DNA of 64,000 bases from Prochlorococcus sp. AG-402-K21 (GTDB lineage: Bacteria; Cyanobacteriota; Cyanobacteriia; PCC-6307; Cyanobiaceae). The first letter of the stretch is position 1, and every line of letters begins with the position of its first letter. Below the pieces are notes generated by a model that saw only the letters and a program-made list of their open reading frames with translations, had not been told where the DNA came from and did not search any database. The position numbers and the translations under genes were made by a program. Of this stretch, positions 57,191-64,000 are shown piece after piece. Where the stretch lies: positions 42,682 through 106,681 of the forward strand of contig QCII01000007.1 in the NCBI GenBank assembly GCA_003216775.1, in the 5' to 3' direction.

Positions 57191-59100
57191 TTTAATAATT
57201 GTGGTGTTCTTTCTTTCTCAGGGATATTAGTGTATTTGGAGAGAATACTCACAAATTCTTCACCGTCCAATGTTTCTTTTTCAATTAATAAGTCGACGAT
57301 TTTATCCATTGCTTCTCTATTTTTACTAACAATAGAATAAGTTTCTTCATAACATTTTTTAACCATAACTCTTACACTTTCATCAATCTGTTTGGAGATG
57401 GAATCAGAAACTTCACTTCTAGTCATCAAATCTCTACCGACAAAAACTTCTTGATTGCCACTCTCTAATGCTATAGGACCTAAATTACTCATTCCAAATC
57501 TTGTTACCATTTGGCGAGCCATAGAAGCAACTTGTTGGAAATCACCTCCTGCGCCAGTTGTGATTTCACCCTTTCCAAAAACCACATCCTCAGCAGCTCT
57601 ACCACCTAATGCACCCATTATTCTTGCTTTCAACTGAGCTCTGCTTACTAGGGTCTGTTCATCATCAGGAGTAAACCAAGTTAGTCCTTTAGCTTGGCCT
57701 CTTGGAATAACAGTAACTTTTTGTACTGGATCATGAGCTTTCACAAGTGAACCAATGAGAGCATGACCAACTTCGTGGTAAGCAATTAATCTTTTGCTTC
57801 TCCCATCTGTTAGGGGAGAACCCTCCATCCCAGCAACAATTCTGTCAACAGAGTCGTCGATTTCTGAAATACTGATAGAGTCTTTTCTTCTCCTTGCCGT
57901 TAGGATAGCAGCCTCATTTAATAAATTTGCTAAATCAGCTCCAGTAAACCCTGGTGTTCTTCTTGCAATACTTTCAAGTGTCAAGTCTTCTTGGAGCTTC
58001 TTATTCCTGGCATGAACTTCGAGTATTGATAGCCGTCCTTTAATGTCTGGGGCATCTACAGTTACTTGCCTGTCGAATCTACCTGGTCGCATAAGAGCAG
58101 AATCTAAAACGTCAGGTCTGTTTGTTGCAGCAATTATTATTATTCCGCTATTCCCCTCAAAGCCATCCATTTCAGTAAGCAATTGGTTTAGTGTTTGTTC
58201 TCTTTCGTCATTGCCTCCACCAATACCAGCACCTCTTTGCCTCCCAACAGCATCGATTTCATCAATAAAGATTAAACAAGGACTATTTTCTTTTGCTCTT
58301 TTAAAAAGATCTCTTACTCTACTCGCACCAACGCCAACAAACATCTCAACAAATTCAGACCCTGATAAAGAAAAAAATGGAACCCCCGCTTCTCCTGCTA
58401 TTGCTTTTGCCAGAAGAGTTTTACCTGTACCAGGAGGACCAACTAATAGAACTCCTTTTGGGATTCGTGCGCCGACAGAAGTAAATTTTTCTGGTTTTTT
58501 CAAGAAAGTAACCACCTCTTGTAAATCCTGCTTTGCTTCATTAACGCCGGCTACATCATCGAAAACGACACCTGTTTCGGCTTCCATTGCAAATCTTGCC
58601 TTAGTCTTTCCAAATTGCATTGCTTGGCCAGGACCTCCAGGCATGCCATTAGATCTTCTTGCTAATAAGATCAAACCTCCAATTAAAATTGCAGGGAAAA
58701 GTAAATTACCCAAAATTCCTAATGCAGGAGGAGCTGTTTTAACAGGATGAACATCAAAACTAATCCCTTCATCTTTTAAATTGTTTATAAGTTCTGGAGT
58801 TAAGCCAGGGAGATCTACACGTAATCTTTGTACTTTATTATCTAAATCTGAATCTATTGTCTCTATTACTGCATTTCTACCACCTTCAAAAATATCAACT
58901 GATGTAACCCTTCCGGACTTAATATAATCTAAAAATCTTCCATAACTAACTCTCGCTACTGCTGAATTTCTTGGAGCAATAGTTGTCCCGTTTGATTTAA
59001 GAGAATCAACATTGTTAGATGATAAAAATTGATAGGAAAGTACAATAACTAAAATTATAGGTAAAGCCCACAAAATTAATGTTTTAAATTTTTGGTTCAT
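57187..59100 (-). CDS. ftsH: ATP-dependent zinc metalloprotease FtsH
   Basis: Two N-terminal TMs, Walker A GPPGTGKT, Walker B IDEID, SRH, zinc site HEVGHA. Confidence 0.95.
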   Translation of the reverse strand: MNQKFKTLILWALPIILVIVLSYQFLSSNNVDSLKSNGTTIAPRNSAVARVSYGRFLDYIKSGRVTSVDIFEGGRNAVIETIDSDLDNKVQRLRVDLPGLTPELINNLKDEGISFDVHPVKTAPPALGILGNLLFPAILIGGLILLARRSNGMPGGPGQAMQFGKTKARFAMEAETGVVFDDVAGVNEAKQDLQEVVTFLKKPEKFTSVGARIPKGVLLVGPPGTGKTLLAKAIAGEAGVPFFSLSGSEFVEMFVGVGASRVRDLFKRAKENSPCLIFIDEIDAVGRQRGAGIGGGNDEREQTLNQLLTEMDGFEGNSGIIIIAATNRPDVLDSALMRPGRFDRQVTVDAPDIKGRLSILEVHARNKKLQEDLTLESIARRTPGFTGADLANLLNEAAILTARRRKDSISISEIDDSVDRIVAGMEGSPLTDGRSKRLIAYHEVGHALIGSLVKAHDPVQKVTVIPRGQAKGLTWFTPDDEQTLVSRAQLKARIMGALGGRAAEDVVFGKGEITTGAGGDFQQVASMARQMVTRFGMSNLGPIALESGNQEVFVGRDLMTRSEVSDSISKQIDESVRVMVKKCYEETYSIVSKNREAMDKIVDLLIEKETLDGEEFVSILSKYTNIPEKERTPQLLN

Positions 59101-59208
59101 TAATTTATTTATTGTTTATTTCAGGATTCTAGAATGAATCAATACATTTCGTTGAAGTTTTTTCTAATTTTATGCTTATATTACTATTGATTGTATTGGA
59201 TTTTTTTG

Positions 59209-59418
59209 ATGAAATTTGAGGTAAAAGATAAGGTCAAGATGATTTTGCCAGTTTCTTACTTAAAAACTTCAGATAATATGCCGATGCTAAGACCACCTGA
59301 TTTAGTGGCAATTGACGAAATTGGAGAGGTCCTATCAATAAAATCTCCAGATACTGTGGAAGTAAAGTTTAGAAGAGGCTCGTTTTTAATTGATATTGAA
59401 AAAATTGAAAAAATCTAA
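59209..59418 (+). CDS. small conserved cyanobacterial protein (possibly DUF3148-like)
   Basis: YLKTSDNMPMLRPPDL motif. ATG 59209 is preferred over the TTG at 59191. Confidence 0.45.
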   Translation: MKFEVKDKVKMILPVSYLKTSDNMPMLRPPDLVAIDEIGEVLSIKSPDTVEVKFRRGSFLIDIEKIEKI

Positions 59419-59419
59419 T

Positions 59420-60634
59420 TTAAAAGTTTTTGTTCCACTGAGAATTGACTTCTAAACAAATTTTTTTATCTCCAGAAATACTCAAAAAAGGTTTCGAAAA
59501 ATATTTTTTAGTCAGTTTGAAAATATCTAATGAAGATATTTCATCTATTTTTAAGTTTAAATCACTTTCTTGAATAGGTTTGATACCAAAACTAATTAAT
59601 TGTATTTTTCGTTGCAAGACATCGTCTAATGATTGATTACCTAAAAGAAAAGAACTTTTTAATTTTTCTTTAGATAAAAATAATTCAGAATGAGTCAATG
59701 GTTGTTTTAGTAAATTTTTCCATAGCGATGATAAAAGTTCAAAGGCAAAAAGGGCATTATCATTTGACACTGATAAATAAATTAAAAAGGGGGCATTTTT
59801 ACTCCTGACAGGATTAAAGACCCCTAAATCGTAAGTAATGCCATTTTTTTCCCTAAACAGTTTAAATAGAGATCCGCTCATCCCAAAAGATAAATATGAT
59901 TCCAAAACTTTAAGAGGCAAGTATTCCTTACTATTACAAGAACAGGTTTGGTTGCCTATTATCATTATCATTTGATTTGAATCATTGTTAACGCAATCAA
60001 ATCTACATATCGGATCTAAATCGTAATTTATATGACTTGTATTTTCATTTTCGATTTTCTGATTAACTGTTCCTAAATTTTCTCCATTAATTGCTAAATT
60101 GTTTGAAATAATATATTTTTCTCTTTTTTTAAAGTTTTCAAACTCATTTAAAACATCTTTATAGGAAATATTTGAAACCTCTTTTTCATTCCCAATTGTA
60201 TTAAAAGCATAAGGATGGTTCGAATAAACAATTTTTCTCCATTTATCAAAACATATATTAAATGGGTTCTCTTTATCTTTTTTAATTAAGTCCAAAGATG
60301 ATTTTTTCACCTTTTGAAATTCAATTTCCGAGAGAACTGGTTTATTTATTACCAAATCTAGTAGAGGTAATAATTTGTTGAAATGTTCATTTAGGGATTT
60401 AATGCTTATAGAAATACCATCTTCAAACACTTCCTGATTTAGTTCTGCTCCATGGGATTCAACATATTCTGAAAGATTGAAATTTTCAAAGCCTTCACAT
60501 CCTCGAATAAGTAATGAACTAAGAATCTTGTTTATCCCTCTTTTGTTGTCAATATCCATGTCGCTGCCTCCTTTAATCCAAATTGAAGCAGTTGAGAAAT
60601 TTCTTTTTTTGTTGTAGAGATATCTTTTTAACAT
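59420..60634 (-). CDS. M16-family peptidase-like protein (non-catalytic subunit; no HxxEH)
   Basis: Size and position immediately downstream of the catalytic M16 gene (1-nt overlap). Lacks the zinc motif. Confidence 0.65.
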   Translation of the reverse strand: MLKRYLYNKKRNFSTASIWIKGGSDMDIDNKRGINKILSSLLIRGCEGFENFNLSEYVESHGAELNQEVFEDGISISIKSLNEHFNKLLPLLDLVINKPVLSEIEFQKVKKSSLDLIKKDKENPFNICFDKWRKIVYSNHPYAFNTIGNEKEVSNISYKDVLNEFENFKKREKYIISNNLAINGENLGTVNQKIENENTSHINYDLDPICRFDCVNNDSNQMIMIIGNQTCSCNSKEYLPLKVLESYLSFGMSGSLFKLFREKNGITYDLGVFNPVRSKNAPFLIYLSVSNDNALFAFELLSSLWKNLLKQPLTHSELFLSKEKLKSSFLLGNQSLDDVLQRKIQLISFGIKPIQESDLNLKIDEISSLDIFKLTKKYFSKPFLSISGDKKICLEVNSQWNKNF

Positions 60635-61893
60635 TAATTAGGTGATGCAATTAAAGTGAATTTCTCTCCTAGAAAAAATTGCGTGATTTCTTTGAAATTA
60701 TCTATATCATTCCAATATTCCAAATGATTTTCTAACTTATTTATTGAAGATTTCCTCCCCCAAAGAAGTTCATTTCCAAAAAATGAAGAAAGTTGTGTGG
60801 ATGTCTCTAAATTAAAAATATAATTACTTTTTACAATATTTATAGCTTTTTTAATTTCATCCAAAGTTAAGTTCTTAGAATCTAAAATTTCATCTATGGT
60901 TTTATCAATTTGCTTTTCTACTGAATAAAGATCTTTTTTTTCACAACTTGCTTCTAAGATAAATAATCCCCCTAATTCTCCGGCATTTACATCAACGTAT
61001 ACAGATTCAGCAAGGTTATTATCTTCTTTTAAAACTTTAACTAATCTGCTATTTCTTCCTACAGATAGTATTGATGCTAGTATCTCTAATCCAATAATAT
61101 TTTTTTGTTCACTCAGATTAGGAATAAACCATGCCATAAATATTCTGGAAAACTCTAAATTATTAAACTTAACCATCTCTCTACCATTTCTAATTTTTAA
61201 AGGAGGTTTGCTTTTTAAATCAACTTTATTTGTATCATTAAAAATAAGATTTTCATTTATTCCAGAAAGATCACTTTTTTCAAAAATTTTATAAATATCC
61301 CCTGAGAGATTGCCTGTAACTGCGATGCAAATATTCTCTATGGTGTAACGCTTTCTATGAAATTTCTCAAGATCATTTATCTCTATGTTTTTAACACTTT
61401 GTTCAGTTCCCAATATTGAATTTGCATAATTAGAACTTAGCCAAACCCTTTTTAAAAAGTAATTAAATAATTTTTCTTCAGGCTGATCATTTTGTTGTTT
61501 TATTTCATCAATAACTACACCTTTTTCTTTAATAAATTCATGACTATTGAAATTTGGAGAAAAAACAATATTTGTCAAAAGACCAAGTGATTCTCTAAAG
61601 TTATTGGGTGGAATGAGGACGTGGTAATGAACATCATCATAACCTGTCGAGGCATTGCTTAATCCTCCAAGTGATTCGATTTTATGATCAAACTCACCAG
61701 GCATAATTTTGTTAGAGCCTTTAAAAATCATATGTTCTAAAAAATGAGCAGTGCCATTTTTATCCTTTTCCTCAAATGAAGAACCCGCTTTGCACCAAAT
61801 ATCAATGCTTATAAGCGGCAATTCCTTATTATCCACAAAAACACATCTAGTTTTGCTTGAATGAGTATAGTAGTTGACTTCTCCTACATTCAT
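60634..61893 (-). CDS. M16-family (pitrilysin/insulinase-type) zinc peptidase
   Basis: Inverted zinc motif HFLEH followed by the downstream Glu region. Confidence 0.85.
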   Translation of the reverse strand: MNVGEVNYYTHSSKTRCVFVDNKELPLISIDIWCKAGSSFEEKDKNGTAHFLEHMIFKGSNKIMPGEFDHKIESLGGLSNASTGYDDVHYHVLIPPNNFRESLGLLTNIVFSPNFNSHEFIKEKGVVIDEIKQQNDQPEEKLFNYFLKRVWLSSNYANSILGTEQSVKNIEINDLEKFHRKRYTIENICIAVTGNLSGDIYKIFEKSDLSGINENLIFNDTNKVDLKSKPPLKIRNGREMVKFNNLEFSRIFMAWFIPNLSEQKNIIGLEILASILSVGRNSRLVKVLKEDNNLAESVYVDVNAGELGGLFILEASCEKKDLYSVEKQIDKTIDEILDSKNLTLDEIKKAINIVKSNYIFNLETSTQLSSFFGNELLWGRKSSINKLENHLEYWNDIDNFKEITQFFLGEKFTLIASPN

Positions 61894-61934
61894 TTAAATT
61901 CTTTCTTTAAACTCTATTTTGGTCCTTTTTACTC

Positions 61935-62660
61935 TTGTTGTCTGAATCCTTAACTAAAACTAAATTAACAGACCCTCTTATTTTGGACTTGTTAAAAAAT
62001 ATTAGAGAGCATAGATCCATGCTCGAGAACCTTAAATGTATAAAAATTGATCCAAATCTTACTAATATAACATCTAAAGAAATTGGTAGAGAACTCTATA
62101 TAGAAAATGAATTCCACAAAGCAAAAGGATTTAGAAAGTTACATATAGAGGTGGCAGAATTTTCTAAAAATCTTCAAATTCTACACTGCGTTTTTTTTCC
62201 TGATCCAAATTTTGATATTCCAATTTTCGGAATGGATTTGGTAAAAATAAATGATATTGTTTCCGCAGCAATAGTTGATTTATCTCCTGTATCTAAAAAA
62301 CAAGGTGAAAAATACGAACAATTGCTTTCTGAAGTTGATAAAAGTTGTTTTACCTCATTGAGAGATATTCCTAATTGGGGGGAGATTTTTTCTAAGAATG
62401 TATTTTTTGGTTCTTTAAAAAACCAAACTGAAAAAAATGCTTTTTGTATTTTAGTTGATGAATATCTTTCTATCTTGATAAAATTAAGTAAGAAAGCTAA
62501 ACCTGAATTTAATGAGGAAATTATTCGAGAGAGAATAAATTATCAAAAGAAATATTGTGTTCAACAAATGAAAAATGATAAGACTAGTATGGTTCTTATG
62601 AAATATTTCGATGAAAAATGGGTTAATAACTATATAAAAAACGTGTTATTCGATTTTTAA
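61935..62660 (+). CDS. pcyA: ferredoxin-dependent bilin reductase, most like phycocyanobilin:ferredoxin oxidoreductase
   Basis: [38 protein letters not shown] is the conserved FDBR core. The subfamily is assigned from memory of PcyA. Confidence 0.65.
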   Translation: MLSESLTKTKLTDPLILDLLKNIREHRSMLENLKCIKIDPNLTNITSKEIGRELYIENEFHKAKGFRKLHIEVAEFSKNLQILHCVFFPDPNFDIPIFGMDLVKINDIVSAAIVDLSPVSKKQGEKYEQLLSEVDKSCFTSLRDIPNWGEIFSKNVFFGSLKNQTEKNAFCILVDEYLSILIKLSKKAKPEFNEEIIRERINYQKKYCVQQMKNDKTSMVLMKYFDEKWVNNYIKNVLFDF

Positions 62661-63574
62661 TGCATTTAAAAACACTAAAAAATTTATTTATTTTTTTATT
62701 ATTATTTGCGCCATTATCCTTAGGGATTATTTCCTGTTCTGGCAATAATAAATCTAGCTCTAAATTAGAAGATGAAATAACTGAAGATTTTATACCCCCT
62801 ATTAGAGCTGTTGCAGCGCTAGGTCGACTTTCTCCTTCTGGAGAGATTAGGCAATTAGCGGCTCCTGTAAGTGAGTTTGGTTCTTCACCTCGTATAGTGG
62901 AATTTTTAGTAAATGAAGGAGATTTTGTAAAAAAAGGTGATATCCTCGCAATTTTTGAAAATAGAGAAAAGTTAATTTCTGATATTGAAAGGAATGAAAA
63001 TCTAATTAGTACTATTAACGAAGAAATTGCTCTAAAGAAAGATCAAATTGAAAGGTATAAGTTAGCTTTGAGCAAGGATGCATATTCTTTTGTAGAGTTT
63101 TCGCAGAGAAAAGACGAATTATTGAAGTTGCAAAAACAAAAAATAAACCTTATCGGCGATCAAAAAAATATAAAGATTGATTTATTTAATTCCAAACTAA
63201 GAAGCCCAATTGATGGCTTTATACTTGGAATAAATACGAGAGTTGGTGAGAGGCCCAAAAATGAAGGAATTTTGGATATTGGTTCTAGTCAAAAGATGGA
63301 AGCTCTAATAGAGGTTTATGAATCTGACATTGATAGAGTTTTTATTTCTCAGAATGTTGAATTGAGTAGTGAAAATGGTGGTTTCCAAAAAAATCTTAAA
63401 GGTAAAGTAATTAGGATAAGTCCTCAGGTAAAACAAAGAAAAGTTTTGTCAACTGATCCAACGGGGGATGCTGATTCGCGAATCATCGAGGTACTCGTAG
63501 AGTTAGATCAGGATTCTATAGATACTGTACAAAATTATGCAGGAATGAAGGTGATTGCAAAATTTATTCCCTAA
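62660..63574 (+). CDS. devB: HlyD/DevB-type membrane fusion protein of an ABC exporter
   Basis: Lipobox-like LGIISC, biotinyl-lipoyl-like and coiled-coil hairpin regions. Followed by a DevC-like permease. Confidence 0.7.
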   Translation: MHLKTLKNLFIFLLLFAPLSLGIISCSGNNKSSSKLEDEITEDFIPPIRAVAALGRLSPSGEIRQLAAPVSEFGSSPRIVEFLVNEGDFVKKGDILAIFENREKLISDIERNENLISTINEEIALKKDQIERYKLALSKDAYSFVEFSQRKDELLKLQKQKINLIGDQKNIKIDLFNSKLRSPIDGFILGINTRVGERPKNEGILDIGSSQKMEALIEVYESDIDRVFISQNVELSSENGGFQKNLKGKVIRISPQVKQRKVLSTDPTGDADSRIIEVLVELDQDSIDTVQNYAGMKVIAKFIP

Positions 63575-64000
63575 TGAGTTTTTCTTTTTTTAAATTCAGA
63601 AAAATACCATTAGCTTGGTTGTTATTAACTAGGCAACCGTTAAGGTTGGTAGTTGCCATTGCAGGAATAAGTTTTGCAGGAATTTTGATGTTTATGCAGT
63701 TAGGTTTCAGAGATGGTTTATTTGATACTAGCGTCACTATTCATAAACTTTTAGATGCTGATCTGGTTTTGATAAGTCCCAGATCAAAAAGTTCCATAAG
63801 CATGAGTGGATTCCCAAAAAGAAGGTTGATTCAAACTCTTGCAGTTGAAGATGTTGAAAAAACTGCCCCCGTAAATTTAAATTATTTACTTTGGAGAAAT
63901 CCCGAAAATCTCAAAACTAGATCGATACTAGCATTGGGTTTTAATCCCTCCGATTCACTCCTTTTAGATGATGGATTCTCAAAGAATGCTTATAAATTAA
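63574..64000 (+). CDS. devC: DevC/FtsX-like ABC exporter permease (3' end cut by window edge)
   Basis: TAATG overlap with devB. N-terminal TM LVVAIAGISFAGILMFMQLGF, then a periplasmic-loop start. Confidence 0.65.
   Translation, partial: MSFSFFKFRKIPLAWLLLTRQPLRLVVAIAGISFAGILMFMQLGFRDGLFDTSVTIHKLLDADLVLISPRSKSSISMSGFPKRRLIQTLAVEDVEKTAPVNLNYLLWRNPENLKTRSILALGFNPSDSLLLDDGFSKNAYKL

Noticed and set aside
58043-58750. 235-aa + strand ORF
   Set aside because: It lies entirely antisense to ftsH, whose own frame carries unmistakable AAA+ and HEVGHA motifs. Its product is low-complexity Ser/Pro/Ala-rich, typical of a shadow ORF opposite a relatively GC-rich gene.
1-64000. CRISPR arrays or other long tandem repeats
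   Set aside because: No regularly spaced 25-40-bp repeats were seen. The repeats present are short AT-rich low-complexity runs and homopolymers.

Overview
Strongly AT-rich marine picocyanobacterial DNA. The gene content (petN, thf1/psb29, pcyA, hli, a 6S RNA directly 3' of purK, and a phoBR-porin-pstS-chrA-mfs-gap1-arsR-pstCAB cluster) and the codon style fit a high-light-adapted Prochlorococcus; I cannot name the strain. All calls rest on the ORF track, eye-recognised motifs and hand folding, with no searches run. Layout: (1) 1-16.0 kb is core housekeeping (rsmE, phnCDE, aspartate aminotransferase, UDG, ispG, ctpA, nadA, aroB, purK). (2) About 16.04-16.22 kb holds a probable 6S RNA. (3) About 16.3-28.6 kb is a hypervariable islet of roughly 40 tiny ORFs. 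It contains two paralogous genes with near-identical promoters, and these bracket an operon encoding a stand-alone NAD+-ligase adenylation domain. It also contains an hli gene, an SDR and several small paralogue families. (4) 28.6-42 kb carries a K+ channel, a c6-like cytochrome and the complete phosphate-stress cluster with Pho-box-like repeats. That cluster includes an ArsR / GAPDH / ArsJ-like arsenate module. (5) 43.2-51.7 kb is a co-directional minus-strand array. It joins the four-gene ligase-associated DNA damage response set (PdeM, DExH helicase, ATP-dependent ligase, MBL exonuclease) to four uncharacterised genes: a TM coiled-coil protein, an IF2_N-like protein, a Zn-ribbon/coiled-coil/PD-(D/E)xK nuclease-like protein and an RHH regulator. 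(6) 51.7-55.6 kb is a second islet of small ORFs. (7) 55.7-64 kb returns to core genes (petN, thf1, clpP, ftsH, two M16 peptidases, pcyA, devBC). I recognised no rRNA, tRNA, CRISPR array, transposase or integrase. The best candidates for something new are the LigA-NTase-only operon with its twin flanking promoters and the extended ligase/helicase/nuclease array.
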